From: Microcoleus sp.
Lineage (GTDB): Bacteria; Cyanobacteriota; Cyanobacteriia; Cyanobacteriales; Microcoleaceae
Assembly: GCA_042408215.1 (NCBI GenBank)
Contig: JAYFMW010000006.1
Coordinates: 576,001 to 640,000, forward strand
Direction of reading: 5' to 3'
DNA: 64,000 nucleotides
Position 1 is the first letter of the stretch, and the number at the start of each line of letters is the position of its first letter. The position numbers and the translations under genes were made by a program. Below, piece by piece: positions 54,746 to 64,000 of the stretch. The notes beneath the pieces are model-generated. The model saw nothing but the letters and a program-made list of their open reading frames with translations. It was not told where the DNA came from and did not search any database.

Positions 54746-55030
54746 TTACAGAACTCCGGCGTTTCCTAAGCCTAAGATTACTCCAGCCCCCAGCAAGTGA
54801 CCGAGGCTGGTTGTTGCCAGCAATTCCGGTATGCCGAAGCCTTTGAACATTCCAGGCATTACAAGGGGTAAAGCTGGGCCTTTGCCTCGGTTTTGCTTGG
54901 AGATGCCGTAGTAGCCGATCGCGATCGCCAGTAAGTTGCACAAAATCATTGTTAGTGCTACCATAGGTGACCACTCTGGCGTTGAGGGAGTGGTTGATTG
55001 TACTGCTAATAGTAATGAAGAGTAAATCAC
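54746..55030 (-). CDS. psaK: Photosystem I subunit PsaK
   Basis: WSP..MILCN..ELLATTSLGHLLGAGVILGL. Confidence 0.93.
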   Translation of the reverse strand: MIYSSLLLAVQSTTPSTPEWSPMVALTMILCNLLAIAIGYYGISKQNRGKGPALPLVMPGMFKGFGIPELLATTSLGHLLGAGVILGLGNAGVL

Positions 55031-55164
55031 GTTGTTATTCTCCTGTTTTGACAGATCAATTGAGTTTCAAAATTATAAGAAGCATTTCGCCTTAAACTAC
55101 AATTTGTTTTAATAGTTAACAATTCATTTATATTTTGACACAAAGTGGGAACGGAGGAGTCGGA

Positions 55165-55812
55165 GTGCGGGTGAAAATTTGTGGCATCACTAAAGTAGAG
55201 CAAGGAATTGCGATCGCCCGTTTGGGAGCCCAGAGTTTGGGGTTTATTTGCGTGCCGGCTTCGCCCCGCTATGTCAGCCCAGAAACGATTCGGCTAATTG
55301 TTGAGCAGTTGCCCGAAAATGTCGATCGCATTGGTGTTTTTGCTAATAGCACAATCGAAAATATCTGTCAAGTAGTGGCAGAGTCAAATTTAACAGGCGT
55401 GCAGTTGCACGGAGATGAAACAGCGGAATATTGCGATCGACTGCGGGAGTTTTTGCCGAAAATTGAAACGATCAAAGCCCTGAGAGTCAAGACTTCTGAA
55501 ACTTTAGACACTGCGGCTGTTTACGCTACTCATGTCGATACTTTACTGCTGGATGCTTATCATCCCGAACAACTCGGCGGTACTGGCAAAACCCTCGATT
55601 GGCAGATGTTAGCAGAGTTTCGACCAAGCTGTCCTTGGTTGCTGGCTGGCGGTTTGAGACCTGATAATGTGTTAAGTGCGATCGCCAGTTTGTCAGACAA
55701 TAATTTTAGCGGTGTTGACCTTTCTAGCGGTGTAGAAATAGCCCCCGGAGATAAAGATTTAACAAAGGTTGCGAAGTTGTTTGAGCAACTAAAAACATCC
55801 AATAAAGGATGA
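55165..55812 (+). CDS. trpF: Phosphoribosylanthranilate isomerase
   Basis: VKICGI, QLHGDE, GGTG, LAGGL and DLSSGVE motifs. Confidence 0.96.
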   Translation: MRVKICGITKVEQGIAIARLGAQSLGFICVPASPRYVSPETIRLIVEQLPENVDRIGVFANSTIENICQVVAESNLTGVQLHGDETAEYCDRLREFLPKIETIKALRVKTSETLDTAAVYATHVDTLLLDAYHPEQLGGTGKTLDWQMLAEFRPSCPWLLAGGLRPDNVLSAIASLSDNNFSGVDLSSGVEIAPGDKDLTKVAKLFEQLKTSNKG

Positions 55813-56014
55813 CAAAAAACGCCCAACAACAAATAACAAATAACTAATGACTAATTACTTAGCCAGGAATTGTATGTGTCATTCTGATGACACATACAGC
55901 AGATTGCAGGTTTATGAAGTACACCCGCCTATCGATCAATCCCCCTAGGGACAAGGTATTGCCTTGTCCCTACTGCACTTAATAAACCTGGGATACGCTG
56001 TAGGCTTTGTGTAA

Positions 56015-56556
56015 TACCAGTTTTTTATGAGGCTGCATAGAATCTGATCCCCCCTAACCCCCCTTAATAAGGGGAGTAGGGGAGTAGGGGGTGTGGAACA
56101 AGATTCTGATCCCCCCTAACCCCCCTTAATAAGGGGGGAACAAGATTCTGATCCCCCCTAACCCCCCTTAATAAGGGGGGAACAAGATTCTGATCCCCCC
56201 TAACCCCCCTTAATAAGGGGGGAACAAGATTCTGATCCCCCCTAACCCCCCTTAATAAGGGGGGAACAAGATTCTGATCCCCCCTAACCCCCCTTAATAA
56301 GGGGGGAATAAGATTCTGATCCCCCCTAACCCCCCTTAATAAGGGGGGAACAAGATTCTGATCCCCCCTAACCCCCCTTAATAAGGGGGGAATAAGATTC
56401 TGATCCCCCCTAACCCCCCTTAATAAGGGGGGAACAAGATTCTGATCCCCCCTAACCCCCCTTAATAAGGGGGGAATAAGATTCTGATCAAAGTCACCCT
56501 TATTAAGGGGGATGCGAGGGGGATCGAGATATATGCAACGACCCATTAAATTGCTA
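56015..56556. mobile_element. MITE family A, copy 3, with internal 42-bp hairpin unit expanded about 10-fold
   Basis: TAA duplication; unit agattctgatcccccctaaccccccttaataaggggggaa(c/t)a. Confidence 0.85.
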
Positions 56557-56615
56557 TAAGTCCTAAATAACAAATAACTAATAACTCATAACTCATAACT
56601 CATAACTAATCACAA

Positions 56616-57152
56616 ATGACTAATTACTTAGCATTACTTACAAGGCGAGTCAGTATCGCTTTTTCAACTATTCCCGATTTCACTGATTGGCTGGTTGCAG
56701 CTATGCTGGTGGTGGTTTACACTGCGATCGCACTGACCGTTGGTTTTTGGTCGGGATTTCTGAAAATAGACGTGCAAACCTCTTGGCGTACAATTGTTGG
56801 CGTGCTAATTGGTTGTTTGTTAACTCCCGGCATTACCGAGGAAATCTGTTTCCGCGTTTTAATGCTACCGCACAAGGAGGAAAATGCTTCCGGGTTAATG
56901 CTGTGGTTTTGCGGAGGCGCGAGTTTGGCGCTGTTTATAGTTTATCACCCGCTGAACGGGCTGACTTTCTATCCCGTTGGTCGATCGACCTTTCTGAATC
57001 CAGTGTTTTTGCTACTGGCGGCGGTTTTGGGGGCTGCGTGTAGCATTGCATACCTGGAAAGCGGTTCGATGTGGCCCGCTGTGGCGATTCACTGGCTGGC
57101 TGTGACAGTCTGGCTGCTGCTATTGGGCGGTTATCGGAGGCTTTATGGTTAA
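56616..57152 (+). CDS. CPBP (CAAX/Abi) intramembrane protease
   Basis: EEICFR, FIVYH and H motifs in TM helices. Confidence 0.85.
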   Translation: MTNYLALLTRRVSIAFSTIPDFTDWLVAAMLVVVYTAIALTVGFWSGFLKIDVQTSWRTIVGVLIGCLLTPGITEEICFRVLMLPHKEENASGLMLWFCGGASLALFIVYHPLNGLTFYPVGRSTFLNPVFLLLAAVLGAACSIAYLESGSMWPAVAIHWLAVTVWLLLLGGYRRLYG

Positions 57153-57176
57153 ATGTAAAAGTCAAGTATAACTATT

Positions 57177-58484
57177 TTGTCGCGAGGGATATCAGTTGTG
57201 GCTATCATAGGAGCGATCGTAGGTTTTTTAGCAGGTATAGCAGTTGCTTACTGGTTGGTGGAAAAGCGGCTAAATCAGCAAAAGCAACAGCAGTTAGAAC
57301 AAAGTCGCAAAATGGCTGAGCAAATAGAAATGGCTCACCTGTCTCGGATGCAAGAAACTGTCGAATCTTTGCAAGGAGAACGGGAAAAACAGCTCAGAAA
57401 AGTTACGGCCGAACACGAAAAATCACTCAGGCAAGTTACTGCCGAACATGAACAACTTCTCAGACAAGTTGCAGCCGAACATGAACAACTTCTCAGACAA
57501 GTTGCAGCCGAACGTGACAACAACCTCAGACAAGTTAATTCTGAATTAGCTGAATTAGAGCAAAATCAGAATTCTCAGTTGCAGGAAACTCTGCAATCCT
57601 TACAACAAGAACACGAAGATCATTTACTCAGACTTGCTGACGAATTGCATCAGAATTATCAAGCTCAGATGGAGCAAAATATGCAAGCTTTGCAAGATCA
57701 ACACGAAATTCGTTTGCGGCAAACCGCTGAGGAATATGAGAACCGCGAGATAGAGATGCAGTTAACTGTGGAGTCTTTGCAAGACGAATACGAAAGTCAG
57801 TTGAGAGCAGCTCATGAGCAGTTACAAGCTCACCAAGCTCAAATGCAAGCCACCATCGAGTCTTTGCAAGAGCAATACGAAATCAAGTTAAAAGAAAAAG
57901 AAATTTCGCAGCCACAGTCAAGTCAGCTAACAAATCAGCTAAATCCAACAGAATTTGGAGAACCGTTTAATGAAACTGAATTTCTGCCAACACAGTCAAT
58001 TCAACTAAATCAAACAGAATTTGAAGAACAGTTTAATGAAACTGAATTTCTGCCAACACAGTCAATTCAACTAAATCAAACAGAAGTTGGAGAACAGCAT
58101 CAAATAGCACGACAAGCACCAAGCTATTCGGTGGCGCAGTTGATGGGATGCGTTCAAAGTCGGGATCATGAAGTCCGCAAGTCAGCAGCGTTTGCTTTGG
58201 GTAGAATGGCGGCGGCTAATGCTCTCAGATCCGACAGTCAGCGAGTAGTAGAAACCTTGGGAAAATTAGCTCAAGATTACGCTCCTGAAGTTCGTCAGAC
58301 TGCTGTGGAAGCGCTAGGAATGATTAAGTCGGAAAAAGTAATTCCACTGTTGCAAAAAGCTTTGCGAGATACAGACGGTGCTGTGGCTAAATCTGCCAGT
58401 TCGGCTCTGAATAAGTTTAAATTTTATCCGCGCACTCCGGCGGCCAAACCGAAAAATGTTGATGTGAAAAAACCAAAGCGTTAA
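57177..58484 (+). CDS. Membrane-anchored coiled-coil protein with C-terminal HEAT repeats
   Basis: N-terminal TM, Q/E-rich coiled coil with 11-aa and 21-aa internal repeats, VRKSAAFALG/VRQTAVEALG. Confidence 0.8.
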   Translation: MSRGISVVAIIGAIVGFLAGIAVAYWLVEKRLNQQKQQQLEQSRKMAEQIEMAHLSRMQETVESLQGEREKQLRKVTAEHEKSLRQVTAEHEQLLRQVAAEHEQLLRQVAAERDNNLRQVNSELAELEQNQNSQLQETLQSLQQEHEDHLLRLADELHQNYQAQMEQNMQALQDQHEIRLRQTAEEYENREIEMQLTVESLQDEYESQLRAAHEQLQAHQAQMQATIESLQEQYEIKLKEKEISQPQSSQLTNQLNPTEFGEPFNETEFLPTQSIQLNQTEFEEQFNETEFLPTQSIQLNQTEVGEQHQIARQAPSYSVAQLMGCVQSRDHEVRKSAAFALGRMAAANALRSDSQRVVETLGKLAQDYAPEVRQTAVEALGMIKSEKVIPLLQKALRDTDGAVAKSASSALNKFKFYPRTPAAKPKNVDVKKPKR

Positions 58485-58564
58485 GCCGTTAAGTAGGTCA
58501 GATTAAGCTCTCGGTTCCCAGGCTCTACCTGGGAACCAGTTAATGACTAATCACCAAGACTAAT

Positions 58565-60217
58565 TCAAAATCGCTGTTTTGTGCCGAGTACAAATTTGAT
58601 GTCGCCGCCATCGCTAACACCCATATCTAAGCGAATTAATCCAAAACGCGATCGCACGCGCACACCCACACCCGCAGCAGCCCCAGTTCCAGGCTTGTCT
58701 CTCACCGAAGCCGGTTTTCCTAACACGCTGTCTCCCGTTCCCAAATCCGACGCAAAATCGACAAATATTACCCCGCCCACATCTCTACCGACAGGAAACC
58801 GATACTCGCCGGAAGCTAGGAAATAACTCCGGCCGCTGCCAATGTCGCCACTGTCGTAACCCCGCACGGAATTGCGCCCACCGAGGCGAAAAGCTTCTGT
58901 TGGTGGCAAATCCCCAATTACCGTCCCTGCTTGCAAGTTAAAAGCCAACATTTCTGGCAAGGTTTCAGAATCACCACCGCCGAGCAAATTGATTGGTATA
59001 TATTGTATATAATTTCCTAAAAGTTTGTTACTCACAATGTTACCCCGTCCCAGAGGTATTGATTGTTCGGTGCTGAGGCTGAAAATCGATCCTCTGACAG
59101 GGTTGAAGGGATTGTCTCGCCGATCGAGCGTTGCACCAAAAGAAACAGTGTATAACTCATCAACGCCAGAACCGCTGAATGTGAGAGGATTTCCCAGTTC
59201 GTCTCGGCGGGCGATCTTCAAATTGCGATCGCGCGTGCTGATATTTGTATAATTTATTCCCAAAGTCCCTCGCCAATCGCCCAAAGGCCTCGTAAATGCG
59301 AGATTTCCCCCCATCCGAATTTCCCGAACTCGATCGCCGTTGGGCAAATTGAGATCTTTGTTGAAAATGTCGGAAGTTGTGCGATCGCGAAAAGCTCTCA
59401 CACTGTATCCCAAACCATCGGTGGCGGCAACGTAAGGGCTGACAAACTGGACATTGTACTCGAAACCTCGGAGGCTGGGCACAAGTTCCACCGACACCCG
59501 CTGGGGGTCCGTGCCCAAAGTTCGATCGGTATAAGACAGAGGAATCGCAACGCCAACGTCATCACTCAGGCTCACACTCACGCCAAAAGATCGAGCCGAT
59601 TGCTCTTGGATGTTGTATATAACATTAATATCCGTGCCAACTTCTTCAGTAGAAACCGTCACTTTCTCAAACAATCCCAATTGCTGCAACTGCTGCAAAT
59701 CCGATCGCACTACATCCTGACTATAATTATCCCCCGCCTTGAGTTTCAGCTCACCACGGATAAAATCTTCCGAAATTCTGCCCTCAATTGGATTCCCTTT
59801 TTTGTCAACAGCTTCGCCTCTTCCGCTGACAAACCGAATTTTTACATCTGCAACATAAACACCGCCTGCATCTCTAGCTTGAGAAACTTGTGCAGTACCC
59901 TCTAGCTGTCGGGCGTTGCGGTTGACTGATTCCGGGGTTTCGCCCACAGCAATTGAGTCTTCGGGAGTTTTTAACAGAAAGGCAAAATCTTTATTTTGGC
60001 TGGACTTAACTTTCACAGAGGGCGATCGAACTTCCACAGAAACAGGATTTTCCTCAGATGTCGGCAAATCAAGAGCAGTTTCTCTTAAATTGACCACTTT
60101 CGGTGCATCTCCCTCTCCCAACTCCACCTCAGTTGCAGCCCTTGCCGCTAATTCGCCCCCAGCCCATGTCGCCAGAGTCAAAATTGCAATAGTAGAAATA
60201 TTTTTGACAATACGCAT
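58565..60217 (-). CDS. Omp85/BamA-TamA family outer membrane protein
   Basis: Signal peptide, POTRA-like region, SVRGY motif, C-terminal Phe. Confidence 0.9.
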   Translation of the reverse strand: MRIVKNISTIAILTLATWAGGELAARAATEVELGEGDAPKVVNLRETALDLPTSEENPVSVEVRSPSVKVKSSQNKDFAFLLKTPEDSIAVGETPESVNRNARQLEGTAQVSQARDAGGVYVADVKIRFVSGRGEAVDKKGNPIEGRISEDFIRGELKLKAGDNYSQDVVRSDLQQLQQLGLFEKVTVSTEEVGTDINVIYNIQEQSARSFGVSVSLSDDVGVAIPLSYTDRTLGTDPQRVSVELVPSLRGFEYNVQFVSPYVAATDGLGYSVRAFRDRTTSDIFNKDLNLPNGDRVREIRMGGNLAFTRPLGDWRGTLGINYTNISTRDRNLKIARRDELGNPLTFSGSGVDELYTVSFGATLDRRDNPFNPVRGSIFSLSTEQSIPLGRGNIVSNKLLGNYIQYIPINLLGGGDSETLPEMLAFNLQAGTVIGDLPPTEAFRLGGRNSVRGYDSGDIGSGRSYFLASGEYRFPVGRDVGGVIFVDFASDLGTGDSVLGKPASVRDKPGTGAAAGVGVRVRSRFGLIRLDMGVSDGGDIKFVLGTKQRF

Positions 60218-60254
60218 AAAAATCTATTTTTAACAGGACTTACCTGGCTATTGT

Positions 60255-60759
60255 CTGTCATGAGTCAAGCATAACGAAGCATCTCTGTCATGAGTCAAGC
60301 ATAACGAAGCATCTCTGTCATGAGTCAAGCATAACGAAACATCTCTGTCATGAGTCAAGCATTCTGTCATGAGTCAAGCGTAACGAAGCCTCTCTGTCAT
60401 GAGTCAAGCATTCTGTCATGAGTCAAGCGTAACGAAGCCTCTCTGTCATGAGTCAAGCATTCTGTCATGAGTCAAGCGTAACGAAGCCTCTCTGTCATGA
60501 GTCAAGCATTCTGTCATGAGTCAAGCGTAACGAAGCATCTCTGTCATGAGTCAAGCGTAATGAAGCATCTCTGTCATGAGTCAAGCATAATGAAGCATCT
60601 CTGTCATGAGTCAAGCATTCTGTCATGAGTCAAGCGTAACGAAGCATCTCTGTGCATCTCTGTCATGAGTCAAGCGTAATGAAGCATCTCTGTGCATCTC
60701 TGTCATGAGTCAAGCGTAATGAAGCATCTCTGTCATGAGTCAAGCGTAACGAAGCATCT
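60255..60759. repeat. Complex tandem array: about 18 copies of core CTGTCATGAGTCAAGC in 30- and 19-bp units
   Basis: Direct reading; no unique spacers. Confidence 0.92.
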
Positions 60760-60851
60760 GTTAGCGGTTAACATACTTACCGAAAACCGACCACCAAGCC
60801 TATTCCTGAAAAGAAACCCGGTATTTTTGGGAAGACCGGGTTTCTGCAATT

Positions 60852-61256
60852 TTGACACTCTCCGGGCTCAAGCCACGGAGATTCTTAAGACTTGAGTCTT
60901 AAAGGCGCTGTCAAATCACCTCTACACGCTCAAAACAACTACTGGTACGAGAAGTATTGCAATTGCGCTTACTTTTGTTTTTAGATTGCTTTCTGAGTCC
61001 ACCAATAATCCAGTTAGGTACGATCAACAATTCACTATTACGTGTTTGGACAGGCTCGGCATTGCCGAGTAGCGATCCAACCCAGGAGTCTCACCTTATG
61101 AAATCGTTTCAACACGTAGATGGTTGTTCTTACTTGCCTTGTTAAATTCTCAGCTATTTAGCACAAGATATTTGATATTGCAACAAAGTTTTACAATTAA
61201 AGCCGTCCTATAAGGACGGGGCTTCAACCCTGCGCTTCGCTCCGCCCATTTTTGGG
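60852..61256 (-). mobile_element. Non-autonomous IS200/IS605 mini-element (405 bp, no tnpA/tnpB)
   Basis: Left-end hairpin ccgtcctataaggacgg preceded by TCAC; right end GAAT-ctccg..cggag-TCAA with a ttaagac..gtcttaa stem like the 2430/2647 ends. Confidence 0.8.
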
Positions 61257-61302
61257 GTGAAATTGGGGAAAATTCGATCGCTGCGGGCGATCGTCAATTT
61301 AA

Positions 61303-61503
61303 TTAAAGAGCTTGTCGAGATACCCGTTTCTCAAAATGAGCCTGCGTCTGCTGCAACAGTTGTTCGCGACTATCCTTAGCCTGCGTAATCGTAGGGAGCA
61401 AGTTGCGAGCCTGTAAAGTCATGTGAAGCTGTAGGTGAGCTACATACTCACTGACATCTTCACGCAGTGAACAAGCCGGGTATCGTTTTAAGTTGGAGTT
61501 CAA
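61303..61503 (-). CDS. Small hypothetical protein
   Basis: 66-aa ORF with AGGAG SD and TTG start. Confidence 0.6.
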   Translation of the reverse strand: MNSNLKRYPACSLREDVSEYVAHLQLHMTLQARNLLPTITQAKDSREQLLQQTQAHFEKRVSRQAL

Positions 61504-61655
61504 ACTGTTCTCCTGATTTGAGTGTGCAGTATTTTAAATAATTATAGACAGTATCACGCTACCTTTCAAATTCTGAACTCCGTAATGAAGTTTAACCTTT
61601 GGACGGCAACACTGTAACAATTGTTTATAAAAATTCATCCAGGAGGCGATCGCCA

Positions 61656-62489
61656 ATGCAGTCTAGAGCAATTATGCACAAGCACACATTAAGTACATTT
61701 GTCAACAGCAGCAGCCAAAAAGCCACTTACCTCGACATCGGGAGCGGGCAACCCTTATTAATGCTGCACGGTTTCTTCGGAGAAAAGACTTGCTGGCTCC
61801 CATTAATTGAGTTATTGCAATCTCAGTTTCGCTGCATCAGTTTAGATATGTTGGGTTTTGGAGAATCTAGCAAACCAGAAATATGCTACGATGTGGCCTT
61901 AGAAGTTGCCTTTGTGCGACAAGTTGTAGAACAACTCAATATCGATCCCTGCTGCATGATCGGACATTCTTTTGGCGGTTGGGTAGCTTCTGCCTATGCC
62001 CTCAAATACACAAATTCCGTCAGCAGTTTAGTATTAGCAGCACCTGCGGGAATTCGAGACGACAGTTTTTGCGGTCAATACGATGCTTTGCGGCCACTGC
62101 TGTGGAAAACGTCGATCGTTGATTTGGCATTGCAATTAGCAAAACCCTTTGCTAATTTAGCCGGAAAAAGTAACGAATTGCAGCAGATTTCCGGTTGGCG
62201 GCGAGAATTAATGTCTCAACCAGTCGCCCGGTCATTTTTAATGAGTCGGATGCGCCCGGAAGACGCCATTGATACCGTTGAAAAAGACCTTCACAAATTG
62301 CAAATTCCCACATTAGTAATCACAGGAGATAGCGACGAAACAATTCCTCTCTGGCACTGTCAAACCTATGCCAATCAAATACCAAAAGCACAGTTAGCAA
62401 TTATTCCAAATGCGACTCACGGATTGCCCCAAACTCAAGCTGAAATGATGGCAAATCTGATTTGCCAATTTTTGGGGCAATTCACCTAG
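61656..62489 (+). CDS. Alpha/beta hydrolase
   Basis: HGF, GHSFGG nucleophile elbow, catalytic D and H; start uncertain. Confidence 0.92.
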   Translation: MQSRAIMHKHTLSTFVNSSSQKATYLDIGSGQPLLMLHGFFGEKTCWLPLIELLQSQFRCISLDMLGFGESSKPEICYDVALEVAFVRQVVEQLNIDPCCMIGHSFGGWVASAYALKYTNSVSSLVLAAPAGIRDDSFCGQYDALRPLLWKTSIVDLALQLAKPFANLAGKSNELQQISGWRRELMSQPVARSFLMSRMRPEDAIDTVEKDLHKLQIPTLVITGDSDETIPLWHCQTYANQIPKAQLAIIPNATHGLPQTQAEMMANLICQFLGQFT

Positions 62490-62599
62490 ACTTCCTCTAA
62501 CCATAGATTGTAATACTGACTCAAAAAATGTTACAAATTATACTACTTAATCGCTGCATAGCGACTATAATTTTGACAGTATAGTGAACAACATTTTTG

Positions 62600-64000
62600 A
62601 TGATGACAATATCTTCTGCGAGCAGGAGTTACAGACATTCAGTTGAGTCGGAGGTATTACCTATAGTGGCATTCAAAAACTACTTCAATCTTGAAGAAAT
62701 TATGACAGCTCGAAAAATTAGCGCGGCTCTAATTAACGTCAGTGGCCGACAGCGAATGCTTTCCCAAAAAACCGCATTTTTTTGCTTGAGGTTAGTTGGC
62801 TCAAGACAAGGGGCAGAAAGAGAACAACTGCGGGCAGATTTGAGGTCGGCGATCGCTCTTATGGAAAAATCCCACAGCGCCTTAATCAATACTGACAGCA
62901 GCATCAACTTATTAACTCCCCCTTCAGCGACTGTCAAAGCAATGTATTTTGAAGCGCCGCTTTATTTAGACAAACAAGTGCGGGAATATATCGATCGCAT
63001 TAAAGCCTTAGTGCAAGTTCCAGATGCCGAACTCAGAGCAGACAATCCCCACCTGCTGTATATTATAGAGGCGGCTGACGGCGACTTGCTAAAAGCTTTC
63101 GATGCCGTGGTTAGTCAATATCAACAGGAGAGCGAAACTGAACAATTTGAAGTGAATCTCAGACAAGTTGAACTTTATCAAGAAAGTTGCACTGCTACGG
63201 CTGCATCCATAGCTAAAGCATCTGAACTCGATCGCACACTTGGCGAACTAAAAGAAACTCAAGCTCAACTCCTCCACAGCGAAAAAATGTCTTCTCTGGG
63301 AGAACTAATGGCTAGTATCGTCCACGAAATCAATAACCCAGTCAGTTTTATTTACGGCAACTTGAGCCATGTCGAAGTTTATACTCAAGATTTGCTGCAC
63401 CTGCTGCGTCTCTATCAAGAAAAATATCCCAATCCCTGTCGCGAAATTAAAGATCAGATCGAAGAAATGGAGCTTGATTTTTTAGTTGAAGACTTGCCGA
63501 AAGTGATGTCTTCCATGCAAATGGGTTCCGATCGAATTCGCGAAATTGTCAAATCAATGCAAAATTTTTCGCGAACAGATAACAGTAACATGACGCTGTG
63601 CGATTTGCATGATAGCATTGACAGCACGGTGTTAATTTTGCGAAACCGTCTCAATGCTCAAAAAACTCGCCGTGATATTCAAGTAGTTAAAGATTACGGA
63701 AACTTGCCTACTGTAGAGTGTTATGCCGGACAACTAAATCAAGTATTCATGAATCTGATTAGCAACGCGATCGATGCTTTAGAAGAAGCAGCAGAAAATC
63801 AGCCCGATGCTTCGCTGAAGATTTCGATCCGCACTGAGGTAGCTGAGTTCGATCGAGTGAGAGTGCGGATTGCTGACACTGGATCGGGAATCAACGCACA
63901 GGTAAAAGAACGAATGTTCGAGCAGTTTTTCACAACCAAGAAAATCGGTAAAGGTACCGGTTTAGGATTGTCTATTGTCTACAAAATTTTAGTAGAAAAC
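62600..64000 (+). CDS. Sensor histidine kinase with NarX/PilJ-like N-terminal domain (partial, runs off window)
   Basis: INVSGRQRMLSQK; HEINNP; NAIDA; DTGSG; FFTTK..GKGTGLGL; start at 62600 or 62702. Confidence 0.88.
   Translation, partial: MMTISSASRSYRHSVESEVLPIVAFKNYFNLEEIMTARKISAALINVSGRQRMLSQKTAFFCLRLVGSRQGAEREQLRADLRSAIALMEKSHSALINTDSSINLLTPPSATVKAMYFEAPLYLDKQVREYIDRIKALVQVPDAELRADNPHLLYIIEAADGDLLKAFDAVVSQYQQESETEQFEVNLRQVELYQESCTATAASIAKASELDRTLGELKETQAQLLHSEKMSSLGELMASIVHEINNPVSFIYGNLSHVEVYTQDLLHLLRLYQEKYPNPCREIKDQIEEMELDFLVEDLPKVMSSMQMGSDRIREIVKSMQNFSRTDNSNMTLCDLHDSIDSTVLILRNRLNAQKTRRDIQVVKDYGNLPTVECYAGQLNQVFMNLISNAIDALEEAAENQPDASLKISIRTEVAEFDRVRVRIADTGSGINAQVKERMFEQFFTTKKIGKGTGLGLSIVYKILVEN

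Noticed and set aside
56040..56490. Possible CRISPR array, and the 169-aa ORF at 56064-56573
   Set aside because: Pure tandem repeat without spacers; the ORF is the translation of a 42-bp unit inside a MITE
60255..60759. Possible CRISPR array
   Set aside because: The sequences between cores are 3-14 nt (24 nt in two units with a partial duplication) and repetitive, not unique spacers; no cas genes in the window

Overview
Chromosomal window from a cyanobacterium: it has abundant HIP1 GCGATCGC sites, psbA and psaK. The heptamer tandem repeats and dense REP/MITE-like palindromes suggest a filamentous Oscillatoriales/Microcoleus-like lineage (inference). The core genes are efp (3' end), accB, cofG, alpha-amylase, cpdA, tRNA-Cys, purH, glcD, leuA, labA, groES-groEL with CIRCE and K-box, pheS, surE, thioredoxin, psaK, trpF and a BamA-family protein. 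Five things stand out. (1) A head-to-tail array of four psbA genes encodes an identical Glu130-type D1, with mosaic synonymous differences and two promoter types. (2) Directly downstream is a tnpA-less TnpB element carrying two tandem, covarying right-end/omegaRNA scaffolds, each followed by a different putative guide. (3) Two TnpB-less IS200/IS605 mini-elements are present, one with its own promoter. Their left-end guide and target tetranucleotides covary. (4) A decayed island at tRNA-Cys holds an integrase remnant, an LRR protein and a Panacea-antitoxin/MazF-like toxin pair with a Cys/His insertion. (5) A MITE family with TAA/TTA target duplications rewrote the cpdA stop codon and nests in other MITEs. 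Three genes show single-base +1 frameshifts that may be sequencing errors. All calls come from reading the sequence and recalled family motifs; no database searches or folding programs were run.
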